Below the pieces are notes generated by a model. It did no database searches. It was not told the origin of the DNA and saw only the letters and a list, made by a program, of their open reading frames with translations. Position numbers and translations under genes: made by a program. Positions 1 to 9,325 of a stretch of 64,000 bases of DNA are shown piece after piece. Origin of the DNA: Pirellulales bacterium (GTDB taxonomy: Bacteria; Planctomycetota; Planctomycetia; Pirellulales; Lacipirellulaceae); contig CAVQRC010000016.1 of assembly GCA_963715045.1 (NCBI GenBank), positions 1 through 64,000 of the forward strand, in the 5' to 3' direction. Within the stretch, counting starts at the first letter, position 1, and each line of letters starts with the position of its first letter.

Positions 1-557
1 TTGATCATTTTTCCCACGTCGCGGTCCTGTCCCTGTTTGTTCGCCATCAATACCCTAATCCCAAGCACCCGTGTTGCGGTCTCAGACATCGTGAGAAACC
101 CTGAAGAAGGACCACCAGAATAATCGGATGAATGGGTGTTTGTGAATAACTCAGGCAGGGTCGTTTGCGAGGCATGTCGTCGCGAGGCTTCCAGTACCAG
201 CCCAGCGTCCACCAGTCCTCACATCCCTGCCAGTTCCCCGCATGCCAGATGGCAACTGCAAAGGATGCGAGAACTGCCAGGTAGCACGCAGTTCCAGCCC
301 GACCCGCGAGGCGCATCGAGTCATTTTCGGCCATCAGCAGCGTGATCATCCCGGCCGGTGTGGTGAAACCGATCGTTAGAGCCGCTCAGTGCGAATACCC
401 TGCTTGATATCGTTCGCAACCCATGTGCGACTGCCCGCGGCCGATTCCGCAGTCCTGAGGATGGCAGCCACCCTACTCGCCGCTCGCTGGCACTTCGCTT
501 CGGCGGGCAATCGGAGTAGAATCCAACCATTCCGATGCTCTCACAAGCGGCTGATAC

Positions 558-1796
558 ATGGACTGGGGGAACCTCAAACCCGTTCTGTATTGCCACGGCT
601 TGAAAGGCGCGAATGTGAGCAACACACTCTTCAACCCGGCAACCGGCGTCTGGTCCGAAGCGAAGAAGGGCGTGCGGCTGGTGCTCGACACCCGCTCGCA
701 GCCCGGCGCAGTGCTCGCCACGATCGAGGCCGACCTCGACAAGCACTTCGATCACTCCGCGGAGTTTTCCATCCTCGCGGAGGTGAACGTACACGATAAA
801 CGGGCCGTCAATGATGAGAGGGTGCTGTATCAGCAGAAGGTCACGCTGCGGCAGCGTGTCACGAAACTATCGATCCCCACACGGGTGTTTCGCCACTCCT
901 TCACGTACTCGGGGAAGATGATCGACGTCCGCCTACACGGCCAGGTGAAGGTGGACGACGGCGTGTTGTGGCATACTACCTTGAAGGGCGAACTGGCCCA
1001 TGAGCTGCTGCGTCGGCCCGCCGTCGACGACGACGCCAAGGCGATTGTCGACCCCAAGGACTGCTTCTGCCTGGCGCGGAACTTCGCCGCGATCCCGCTT
1101 CCCAACAAGATCAAGACGCTCGGACTGGGGCTGGTCGCGCTGATGGTCATGGCCGTAAACACGCTGGTGGGCTTGCATGACCAGATGGCGCCCGACGGCC
1201 AGACGTTCTTCTACAGCCACCGCGACAGCGATGGCGACGTGCAGTCCCCGCTGGTCAACTCGCTGATGCTCAGCGGTGGCGCCGGCACGGCCGTCTGGAT
1301 CGCGATACGGAATCAACTTCGCAAGTACATGACATTCGAGTTCGCCCGCCCGCCCAGCCGGATCTCGCGTGACACGGTGGTTGCCGTGAACGACCTGGTG
1401 TGGGGCCGGTCAAACGTCGACCTGCGGGGCATCGTGGTGCGTGTGGTCGCGTGCAATTTGGAGAAGGGCCAGTACAAGCGGGGCAGTGGGTCAGACGTGC
1501 GGACCGTGTCGTTCAGTGAACCGACCCGCGGGCTTGTGCTCTTTCAGAAGCAGATCGGATTGATCCCCAAGCGAAAGGCGGTGGAAGACTACTTGCAGGA
1601 TGAGTTTAGCTTTGCGCCGATGTTCGACGTCCTCTACCCGCCGAACTTTGTCTCTAGAACCCACGGCCTGTGCGTGCACTGGGAGGTGCAATTGCTGCAC
1701 GACACATTCGTCGACCAAGAACTGGTGGGCGAAACCCACGGCCTGGCCGTCGATGAGTTCTACACCGCTTCAGCCGAAGCGACGGCCCAAGCGTGA
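558..1796 (+). CDS. hypothetical protein (412 aa) with central hydrophobic segment; first gene of a coupled two-gene cassette
   Basis: Long ORF. Its stop overlaps the start of the next ORF (GTGA at 1793-1796). No motif recognised by eye. Hydrophobic stretch LGLGLVALMVMAVNTLVGL. Confidence 0.5.
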   Translation: MDWGNLKPVLYCHGLKGANVSNTLFNPATGVWSEAKKGVRLVLDTRSQPGAVLATIEADLDKHFDHSAEFSILAEVNVHDKRAVNDERVLYQQKVTLRQRVTKLSIPTRVFRHSFTYSGKMIDVRLHGQVKVDDGVLWHTTLKGELAHELLRRPAVDDDAKAIVDPKDCFCLARNFAAIPLPNKIKTLGLGLVALMVMAVNTLVGLHDQMAPDGQTFFYSHRDSDGDVQSPLVNSLMLSGGAGTAVWIAIRNQLRKYMTFEFARPPSRISRDTVVAVNDLVWGRSNVDLRGIVVRVVACNLEKGQYKRGSGSDVRTVSFSEPTRGLVLFQKQIGLIPKRKAVEDYLQDEFSFAPMFDVLYPPNFVSRTHGLCVHWEVQLLHDTFVDQELVGETHGLAVDEFYTASAEATAQA

Positions 1797-2377
1797 TCAG
1801 CATGTCGGACAACGACCACTTCGACGACTTTCTCGGCCTGCGGGGCCGCGAGCTGCGCGGCGTGCGGTTGCTGGTTTTCGCCGGCGTAAGCGGCAGCGGC
1901 AAGTCGACCGCGATGCGTTTCCTGGAACACGAGCACCCACAATTCCGCGGGATGCGAAGCGTCGCGCTGAGCCCAGCATCAACCCCAGACGCGTTGGGGG
2001 ATTCGCGTCGCTTCGTGCTCCTGGAAGAAGTGCACCGGCCGAGAGAACTCAGGGCGGTCGCCCAAGTACTGCGGCGGGGACACACGGTGGCGGTCGCGTC
2101 GCACCTGCCGCTGGCGTGGTACGCGCCGTTCCGCCTCGCCTGGCGCTGCCGCTTCTTCCAGACGGACCGCGACGCAGCCAAGATCTCCCGCTACCTGAAC
2201 CGCCGGCGGCTCCGCTTCACCGAGGCAGCGGTCGCCGACTATTGCCGCCGCTACCGTGCGAACTATCTCGACGCGGCGATCATCCTAGAGCGGTTCCCAC
2301 TAGGCGACTTCGACCGCGCGTACGGGGCGTTCCAGCGGCTGTGCCGCATCGAGCGGACGAGGATCGAACGCGGTTAG
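1793..2377 (+). CDS. small P-loop NTPase (194 aa)
   Basis: Walker A FAGVSGSGKST. Possible Walker B-like FVLLEEV. GTG start overlaps the upstream stop, implying translational coupling. Confidence 0.55.
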   Translation: MISMSDNDHFDDFLGLRGRELRGVRLLVFAGVSGSGKSTAMRFLEHEHPQFRGMRSVALSPASTPDALGDSRRFVLLEEVHRPRELRAVAQVLRRGHTVAVASHLPLAWYAPFRLAWRCRFFQTDRDAAKISRYLNRRRLRFTEAAVADYCRRYRANYLDAAIILERFPLGDFDRAYGAFQRLCRIERTRIERG

Positions 2378-2500
2378 TCACCGCGTCCCGAGACCGGCTA
2401 AAGCCGACTTCAAAGCTCCCTGAACGGGACCCTCTTCGTAACAATACTCTCTTTTGCGAATGACGTACCCTATGGCGAGGAAGGTGGTTGGCGAGCTCGA

Positions 2501-2532
2501 GTCCCTTTCAGTCTGGCCGAAACGAAAGGGAC
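2501..2532. other. stable hairpin (9-bp stem GTCCCTTTC/GAAAGGGAC) within an ORF-poor region
   Basis: Read directly from the sequence. Part of a cluster of strong hairpins between 2400 and 3540. Confidence 0.5.
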
Positions 2533-3538
2533 CCATCACCGAATTTCCAACGCGGTGACGCTCGGAGCCAGCAACATCCTTGCACCATGACGGTTCGTCA
2601 TTGGTCACCAAACGCCAACCCGTAGCAAGGCCTGACTGCCGCCCGTCTGGCGCCGCCGATTTGACGAGACTGATAGCGGCACTTTGTCGCGAGATTGCCG
2701 TTTCGAAAGGCGAAACCGACGTCGCTACAAGAGTGCGTTTGACGCTGAGGTCGTGAACACCACGCGCGCTTTCGCAGTTGGGGATCCCGGTTCTTCGCCC
2801 CGAAGGGGCAACCCAAGATAGCCCAGGGCAAGGAAGGCGAGCACCGCGAGCCTTTCCGCCGCCCTGGGTCTCGGGATGTCCCACATTTGGGTTCCCGATC
2901 AAGACGACGGTCCCACGTTTCCCCGCCCAATCGGGACGTTGATTGTATTCGGTGCCATTCGGTAAAGCGTGTGTTTGGATTCCTTCGGAATCCAAATCAT
3001 GCGATGCATTGGTGCGGAAAACAGACGGATCCGGTGATCGAAAAACAATTGCACATCGATGTCGTACGGATCTGGATTGTCTGTGTTTCGCCCTTTGCAA
3101 CCGCGCGGGGAATCGGTGGACTCGACCACCCGGGCGGCGACAACGCCTCGCAGAGCTCGCGTGGTCTTGCCCCGGGCTATCCTGTTGCGGCCCCTTCGGG
3201 GCGAGATGACGTGCTCGCGCGGTGCGGCGGTGAAATCGACCTCGGCAGCTTAGACGGCGTCGCGACGGCCACCAAAAGGCGGCACCTGCTGCGTCAACTC
3301 AAATTGGGATGCTCAAACGTGCCAGACTCAACTCGCGCGCAGTCAAGAAGATGACAGACGCCAGTGCGAGGCCGGGTGCCCGCTACCGGAGGTGGGCGTG
3401 TCCTTGGTTGCTTGCCTGCGCAAGAATCGATCGTCGCGATCAGGCTCAAGAAAATCTGTCTCGCCCCACGGGTCCGACGGTTTCCTAGCTGGCCGCAAAA
3501 GGGCCGCATGGCCTACAACGCCAGATTCCCGGTAAACG

Positions 3539-4003
3539 ATGCGGCAAGAGTGGTACTACCTGGACAACAAGGTGGTAAGAGGCCCCGTAATTTCCCGCAG
3601 ACTTAAGCGCCTGGCCGACCAAGGGCGCATCCAAGGGACGACGCATTTCCGATTCGGCGAGCATGGTGCGCAGCGCCCAGCCAGCTCCGTTGGCAGGCTC
3701 TTTACAGGCCGGGAATCCGCCAGCCTCGGGTCACCGGACTTAGCTCCTTTGCCGCGGGATTCCGGCTCGCGATCTCGCAGGGTGACCATTCTGGCGGGAA
3801 CGATGCTGCCCGCTCACGACGACAAACTGGTGGCCACAAACCTACAACCTACAACACGTTGTGACTGGCTCACAGGCCGTACAGATAGGCCTCAGCTTCA
3901 CGGCTATTCGAGAATCTTGCAGTCCGGAGATGCTTTCTGCAGTTCGTCGATTGCCGCGTTGGTGATGCGCGTGCCCTTCAGATTCAATCGTTCAAGTTTG
4001 TAG
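3539..4003 (+). CDS. possible small DUF4339 (GYF-like) domain protein; 3' extent uncertain
   Basis: N-terminus MRQEWYYLDNKVVRGPVISRRLKRLADQGRIQGTTHFRFGEHG resembles the DUF4339 W-YY...GP...L motif. ORF tail overlaps the convergent LRR gene by ~100 nt, so it may be frameshifted or shorter. Confidence 0.25.
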   Translation: MRQEWYYLDNKVVRGPVISRRLKRLADQGRIQGTTHFRFGEHGAQRPASSVGRLFTGRESASLGSPDLAPLPRDSGSRSRRVTILAGTMLPAHDDKLVATNLQPTTRCDWLTGRTDRPQLHGYSRILQSGDAFCSSSIAALVMRVPFRFNRSSL

Positions 4004-5190
4004 AGCCGCTTCAGTTTCGGCAGCAGTTCATCGGTGACTCTGGTTCCACTGAGATCCAGCTCACGCAGTTCGGTCGGAAAGTGCAAGAGCAAGAGGTGCT
4101 CGTCCTTCACGTTGGTTCTCGCGAGCGACAGGCGTCGCAGGCGAGTCAGGACAGGCAGTATCCGCGGCATATCTTCAATCGGCATCTTGGAACCGGCGAG
4201 ATCCAAGTCCCGGAGCTTCAGCAGAAGACCAATTGACTGATAGTCGCGTCCGGAGACCGTGCCGTCGTTCCAGCGACACGAAATCGCGTAACCGGCCTCA
4301 TTCGTTTCAATCTTCGCGCCAGCCTCGCGAAGCTTCTGGATTGCTCCATCCGGATCGCGTTCTTTGAAACTGACTCCGGACCGCCGGCCTACCTGGCGGC
4401 CCTGCGAATCGCTGAGCCGATCGAATAAGAACACCATGTATCGCGCGAGTCGGAAGCGGAACCCAGGATACGCCGGGAACTTTCCTGCGAGCTCTCTTCG
4501 ACGTTTCATGGTTTCCTGGCTCGGGAAGTGCTTCTCGACCTCCTTCCGACTCAATCGCGTCCCGCCCAGATAGAGCTGCTGTAACCGCGGCATCTGCGAC
4601 AGCGTCGTCAGTGAGTCGTCCGATATTAACGTGTCGTGGAGAGACAACTGGCGAAGCTTCGGCAACTCTGCGAGGTGCACGAGGCCAGCTCCCTTCACCT
4701 GCGTAGAGTTGCACCACAACGACCCAAGCTCCTTCATGTGCGATAGACACTTGAGCGAGGCGTCCGTCGCCCGGTTCGGCAACGACAGTTCCTGCAGGTG
4801 TTTCAATTTAGTGAGTTCCGCCAGGCCCTTATCGGTCACATAGCAGTTGCTGAGATGAAGCGTTCTGAGTCCCGATAATCGGCCGATCGCAGCCATGGAC
4901 TCGTCGCCGATGTCTGTCCAGATGACCTCCAACTCACGCAGATCGGGAAACACTGAAAGCTGCTTGGCGAAGACGCGTGCGTGTCGATTCTCACCAATCT
5001 TCACCCTGAAGACTCGGCCATTGTCACGGCGAACGGCGCCGTCTGCGGCGACGATGTTTTCGGCTATGCGTCTTCGCCTGTCTTCCAGACGTTCTCGCGG
5101 CGTTCGGTCCTCTGCCGCCGGGTTCAGCCATCCAACCAACAGAAGTACAAGCAGATATTGTGTAAATCGAATTCCGATGCCCATGCTCAT
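3904..5190 (-). CDS. secreted leucine-rich repeat (LRR) protein
   Basis: N-terminal signal peptide MSMGIGIRFTQYLLVLLLVGWLNPAAE. Multiple L..L..L.L..N/T..D..L repeats (LSNCYVTDKGLAELTKLKHLQELSL...). Confidence 0.7.
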   Translation of the reverse strand: MSMGIGIRFTQYLLVLLLVGWLNPAAEDRTPRERLEDRRRRIAENIVAADGAVRRDNGRVFRVKIGENRHARVFAKQLSVFPDLRELEVIWTDIGDESMAAIGRLSGLRTLHLSNCYVTDKGLAELTKLKHLQELSLPNRATDASLKCLSHMKELGSLWCNSTQVKGAGLVHLAELPKLRQLSLHDTLISDDSLTTLSQMPRLQQLYLGGTRLSRKEVEKHFPSQETMKRRRELAGKFPAYPGFRFRLARYMVFLFDRLSDSQGRQVGRRSGVSFKERDPDGAIQKLREAGAKIETNEAGYAISCRWNDGTVSGRDYQSIGLLLKLRDLDLAGSKMPIEDMPRILPVLTRLRRLSLARTNVKDEHLLLLHFPTELRELDLSGTRVTDELLPKLKRLYKLERLNLKGTRITNAAIDELQKASPDCKILE

Positions 5191-5263
5191 AACGACTCCT
5201 GCTCTCCTGGCTCGGCGATCCGGACGCGACTGGTGGTGACATTCGCGAATTCTACCGCGGAAA

Positions 5264-5743
5264 GTGCTGGTTTCGAAGCGACGGGCATGGTTCGAGGCCA
5301 GCCGACGCGGATTCTCGAAACCTCAATCAACTGTCCGCCGGCCGTCCTTCGAATTCCATGGCTCATGGGTGTCTGTCCGCGGACGATTCCGCGGGCCTGA
5401 AGATGGCAGCCACCACCACATGTTTGCAGGAGGGTTCCAGCCTCCTGACGCAGCCGAACCTGACGTTGGTTGGTCATGGATAACCGGCGAGCCATGGGCT
5501 TTTGAGAACTGGAATGGACTTGAGCCAAACGACGACCATGGATGGGTCGGCGGAGAGGATATCTTGATCTTCGCATGGGGCGAGAATTCGAATGGCAAAG
5601 CATGGAATGATGGAGCTGATTACTACATTGGCTCTGGATACATCGTCGAATGGGATGTGGGAGTGCCCGAGCCTTCGATGTCTTTGCTTGTCCTGTGCGC
5701 AGCTCTTAGAATCGTTTCGCCGCGACGGCGACGACTCATTTGA
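5264..5743 (+). CDS. PEP-CTERM sorting-domain protein with C-type-lectin-like segment; N-terminus possibly truncated
   Basis: C-terminus VPEPSMSLLVLCAALRIVSPRRRR (PEP motif + TM + Arg cluster). WSWITGEPWAFENWNGLEPND...GKAWNDGADYY resembles the CTLD WIGL/EPN/WND core. No signal peptide at the annotated start. Confidence 0.45.
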   Translation: MLVSKRRAWFEASRRGFSKPQSTVRRPSFEFHGSWVSVRGRFRGPEDGSHHHMFAGGFQPPDAAEPDVGWSWITGEPWAFENWNGLEPNDDHGWVGGEDILIFAWGENSNGKAWNDGADYYIGSGYIVEWDVGVPEPSMSLLVLCAALRIVSPRRRRLI

Positions 5744-6017
5744 GGAAGTGGCCGACTTCGCGTAACCGACTCTGAGTGCTCGCTGGACGGATTTCCTTCC
5801 ACCTCAAATCCGCCTTGCCTCATTTCTGACAGGCTGGTTAACAAGAAAAAATCCAACGGAAAGATAGCTCCCTTTAGCTCCACTTAGGGGACACCTTATC
5901 GCCTTAGCGAGATTGCGTTTAGCCGATTCGATGTTTTCTTTTAGGCACCCCGCAAGTTCGTTTTTCGTCACGTTTGATCGACAGGGAATGGTACAAGAAC
6001 AGAAAACTGGACTCCGA

Positions 6018-6034
6018 GGTAGCAAAATGCTACC
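6018..6034. promoter_or_regulatory. perfect palindrome GGTAGCA-AAA-TGCTACC, candidate TA operator
   Basis: Lies 20 nt upstream of the antitoxin start, just 5' of a GGAGG RBS, in an AT-richer intergenic region. Confidence 0.4.
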
Positions 6035-6053
6035 ATTGGCTTGGAGGTAACCT

Positions 6054-6431
6054 ATGGGCCAGCCAGTCAAACTATCGGATGAACTCGTCGACGACGCGCG
6101 GGCGGTGGTGCCGTTCTCGCAGCGAAGCATTGCGGGACAGATCGAGTTCTGGGCCGGACTTGGAAAGTCGATCGAACCACTCCTACGTGGCGACCGTTCG
6201 ATGTCACTGCGCAAAGCCGGAGCCGAAAGACCTCTATCCGAAGCGATTGCCGAAGTCGGTACTGCCAAGGCTAAGAAGAAGTTGGAAGCCTACCTTGAGC
6301 AAGGTCCGTATCCGCAATTCAAAGCCATAGCGGGCGAGCCCAACCTGCTACGAAGGATTGAAGCTGATGGCTCAGAGACAATCGGACGTTTTGTCGGCCG
6401 CGACTTCGTAGAGGTCGAGAGCGAAAGTTGA
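6054..6431 (+). CDS. ParD-like type II antitoxin (125 aa)
   Basis: N-terminus MGQPVKLSDELVDDARAVVPFSQRSIAGQIEFWAGLG is typical of the ParD-like family that pairs with zeta-toxin-like kinases. ATGA overlap with the downstream toxin ORF. Confidence 0.55.
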   Translation: MGQPVKLSDELVDDARAVVPFSQRSIAGQIEFWAGLGKSIEPLLRGDRSMSLRKAGAERPLSEAIAEVGTAKAKKKLEAYLEQGPYPQFKAIAGEPNLLRRIEADGSETIGRFVGRDFVEVESES

Positions 6432-7003
6432 GCCTGCCGTTTTCGTTTCTTGACCAACGGCCAATCGTCGTCGCAATTGCGGGTTCGAATGGTGCCGGTA
6501 AGTCTACGTTCTTTGAAACTTACCTGTCGGACTGCGGCCTGCGATTTGTAAACGCAGATGTCATCGCCAGTGAGCTGGACATCTCCGCCTACGATGCGGC
6601 CGAAGTTGCTGCCTCAATTCGATCGTCTTTTGTGAGTCAGCGTGAGAGTTTCGTTTTTGAAACGGTGCTCTCGGATCCTGTTGGCGACAAAGTCGATATG
6701 CTCGCCCAATACCGGGATCTCGGGTACACCGTTGTGCTTTTCTTCATTCGCATCGACGACGTCAACGAGTCGATGGGTCGTGTTGCAATGCGTGTTGCCC
6801 GTGGCGGGCATGACGTGCCGGACGAAAAGCTACAGTCTCGTTTCGAGCGAACAAAGGCGAATCTCGGCCGCGCGATAGACCGGCTGCCGCATGTCGTAGT
6901 CTACGATAACAGTGACCTGAGCCAGCCGTACCAGTTGGTCGACATCTACAAGCATGGAGATCGAGTAAGCGAACTGCCAAACGATCGTGAACCCGAGCAA
7001 TGA
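6428..7003 (+). CDS. zeta-toxin / AAA_33 family P-loop kinase (type II toxin)
   Basis: Walker A IAGSNGAGKSTF. Length 191 aa. Coupled to the upstream ParD-like gene. Confidence 0.65.
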   Translation: MSLPFSFLDQRPIVVAIAGSNGAGKSTFFETYLSDCGLRFVNADVIASELDISAYDAAEVAASIRSSFVSQRESFVFETVLSDPVGDKVDMLAQYRDLGYTVVLFFIRIDDVNESMGRVAMRVARGGHDVPDEKLQSRFERTKANLGRAIDRLPHVVVYDNSDLSQPYQLVDIYKHGDRVSELPNDREPEQ

Positions 7004-7212
7004 AGGCTGACGTTTCTATTCAGCACCGCAGTTCACCCGTAGCTCAAGCCTTCGTTTTTGAAAGCTCGTTTGACGTGGTGGAGCGTTGGATGCTTGTTCA
7101 CGATTTTCTTGGCCGCCGCGTTTGCGACTCGCGAGCCTTCGTCGCCCCCAATCGCATCGCTGAGTTCAGACAGTAGCTTTGCAGCTTTACGGTAACTTAT
7201 TGTCGACCGCAA

Positions 7213-7473
7213 TTGGATCAGAATACGGGCACCTCTAATCTCCCTAAAAACAGCAGTTTGAAGGGTTACGTGACCCGCGCTCGCGTAACGCAGTTCATGA
7301 ACCTGCTCAATCTCGCACCGGACATCCAGGAAGCGATTCTTCACCTGTCGCCAGTAGTACGCGGCCGAGAGCCGGTGACGGAGCGAGACCTTCAGCCGAT
7401 TGCCTCCGTGGCCGACTGGCGGGAGCAGCGGCGGATGTGGCGAAGCGAGCTTTGTGGAATTGGCCGGACATGA
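7213..7473 (+). pseudogene. ParB/Spo0J-like HTH fragment (remnant)
   Basis: VTRARVTQFMNLLNLAPDIQEAI matches the ParB HTH signature S-R-x-H-[IV]-x-N-x-L-R-L-L-x-L-P-x-x-[IV]-Q. No upstream nuclease domain is in frame; the ORF is bounded by a stop 13 codons upstream. Confidence 0.3.
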
Positions 7474-7597
7474 CATGTCGTTCCCACTGCCAATCACAAC
7501 GCAGGCCAGCCGGACGAGGATGTGCGTCCTATATTGCTCATTGACAATTCGGAAGTGTGTCTCAGCCGCCGGGTGTGGCGAACCCGGCGGCTTAGAA

Positions 7598-9031
7598 TCA
7601 CTCCTGGTTGCCAGTCCCACTGAATGCGGGAAAAATGCTCTGTGCGATACTTAAAAGGGCTGGCGTGAGCGAGTTGCACTTTTCGAGTACGCGAGACGGA
7701 TAAAACCGCTTTCCGTACTCTTGTCGAACTCGCCTGCGAATCTGACTCAACAGGCCCTTGCCAGCAACAAGTCGTCGACGAAGATCTGCATCGTTCTCCC
7801 ACATCTGAAATGTGTCGTCAGCTTGTTTCTCACGAGTTGATGCGTCCAGGCCTCGCGACAATCGGTCACGAACGCGATGGCGGACTTGGTATCGCCACTG
7901 TTCAATTAAGTCAGCGTGCCCTGATTCGTCGTCGATTATCTGCTGCAACTCACCGAGTGTAATAGATTCGTCATATGCACTGAAGAGCAGTGAGACGTCG
8001 CAAAAGAGGTTTTCCAATTCCTTGCACGGCAATGTCAGCAAGGACCACCCATCACCCTCAGCCAATTCGGGGACCGCGCTGGGTAGTTCACTGTAATACC
8101 AGTCGAGATCACGAATCCCCACGACCTTGACACTGTTTCGGATCTCCCTCGCCAAAAGAACAATGCCCTGCAGCGTTGGTCCCTCGAATCGACCGTCGCG
8201 ATGTGGGATTACGAGAGTCGTTGGTAGAACGTCGGTAGTGTGTTGGCGACACCAGTTGACGACGGCTTCAATAATCGGACGATCATCCACTCCCTCCACG
8301 TAAACAAGAATGTCGGGTAGCTCACGCCGCGAAACATAGACGTCCGGCGATGCACCCATCTGTTCAAGCATTTGCCCGACTTCGAAGCCGCCTTGCGCCT
8401 CCGCGCTTTCACGGTCGACCCAGCGGATGCACTCCGAAGGAACTCTAGTGATGATCTCAGGAGAATGGGAAGCGATGATAACCTGGCGTTCGCTGGACGA
8501 TGCCACGTCCAGCATTAGATCAAGTATTACGGCCTGTTGCGACGCGTGCAGATGCGCGTCAGGTTCATCTAGAAGCACAATCTTTGCGGGTGATTGTTCG
8601 AGGATTCGTGCCAGAGAGACAAATGTTCGAAGACCTGCACCTGACTGAGCGATGTCGAGTGGTCCGCGTCCACGTTCCTTGTACTTTATAAGGATCTCTG
8701 GAGCTCCATTTGTGCTCAAAGTTGGTAGGAGCAGTTCAACGTCAGAGAAATACCTGCTGATTTGCTGCTGTACAGGAGCGAAATCCTCAAAGCCATCCTC
8801 TTGGATCGCCCACCACAATCCGTTCCGCCACAGTTGAGCGCCTTTTCCTTCGCGGAGCTGTGCTTGATACTGGTCTCCGTTCACCATTTGTTCCCTCGTC
8901 GGAACGTCACCGGGCGGAGTTAGGATTGCGGCAGTCACCGTCTTTAGTGCAGCAATCGCATCCGCTACGTCGCCGTTCGCATGGGACAGTGTGAATAGCA
9001 AATTGGTTGGCGAGTTTCGAATTACTCCCAA
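7598..9031 (-). CDS. OLD-family / fused PARIS-like ABC-type ATPase + TOPRIM (DUF4435-like) nuclease; possible pseudogene (degenerate Walker A, TTG start only)
   Basis: Walker B LLDEPDAHLH, H-loop IIASHSP, TOPRIM-like ILVYVEGVDD and IRDLDWYY. The expected P-loop G.N.SGKSNLL reads GVIRNSPTNLL (Lys replaced by Pro). The in-frame region extends to 9247 with no ATG or GTG. Confidence 0.5.
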   Translation of the reverse strand: MGVIRNSPTNLLFTLSHANGDVADAIAALKTVTAAILTPPGDVPTREQMVNGDQYQAQLREGKGAQLWRNGLWWAIQEDGFEDFAPVQQQISRYFSDVELLLPTLSTNGAPEILIKYKERGRGPLDIAQSGAGLRTFVSLARILEQSPAKIVLLDEPDAHLHASQQAVILDLMLDVASSSERQVIIASHSPEIITRVPSECIRWVDRESAEAQGGFEVGQMLEQMGASPDVYVSRRELPDILVYVEGVDDRPIIEAVVNWCRQHTTDVLPTTLVIPHRDGRFEGPTLQGIVLLAREIRNSVKVVGIRDLDWYYSELPSAVPELAEGDGWSLLTLPCKELENLFCDVSLLFSAYDESITLGELQQIIDDESGHADLIEQWRYQVRHRVRDRLSRGLDASTREKQADDTFQMWENDADLRRRLVAGKGLLSQIRRRVRQEYGKRFYPSRVLEKCNSLTPALLSIAQSIFPAFSGTGNQE

Positions 9032-9284
9032 CTCGACCTTAAGGCCGTTCGCGAAGCTTCCAGTGATCGTGCCAGTGACCTCTGGTCGATACTGCGAGTA
9101 AAGCCAAGTTGTGTCTCGAAGCCCCAGCGGTGAAAGCGCGGACTGCAGAGATATCGTGCGTGCTTCGGCGTTCTCATGATTGATGTGTCTATAGGAAAAC
9201 GCCGGGACGACTCTCGCCTCGGCGTCTGTGGTTAACCCGGTTGTCGTTCAATTCCGCCGGGAATCGCTGAGCTCCCTGGACGGG

Positions 9285-9325
9285 ACTCGAACGTGTGACC
9301 GGGCGGTTACACGGATTCGAGGCTG
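9285..9325. repeat. imperfect 15-bp-stem inverted repeat / tRNA-like fragment
   Basis: CTCGAACGTGTGACC-GGG-CGGTTACACGGATTCGAG. The minus strand carries a T-loop-like GTTCGAGTCC, but the flanking stems do not pair as a tRNA. Confidence 0.3.

Noticed and set aside
321-799. Several overlapping ORFs at the window start (47-349 minus, 389-799 plus, 321-794 minus)
   Set aside because: They overlap each other and the start of the 412-aa gene, and have no features. The window edge prevents further assessment.
2378-3100. 240-aa minus-strand ORF in the ORF-poor region
   Set aside because: Translation is low-complexity (Arg/Ser/Gly/Pro-rich) with no domain. It overlaps other equally poor ORFs and is treated as noncoding.
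3059-3253. tmRNA idea: a reading frame ending ...AVKSTSAA* resembles an ssrA tag
   Set aside because: No GGGG...tRNA-like 5'/3' ends, no T-arm (GGTTCGA.TCC) and no pseudoknot-rich body were recognisable.
7033-7620. 195-aa minus-strand ORF downstream of the OLD-like gene
   Set aside because: It overlaps the OLD-like ORF end and the ParB-like fragment and has a low-complexity N-terminus. At most a ~60-aa C-terminal piece (7033-7212) could be real.
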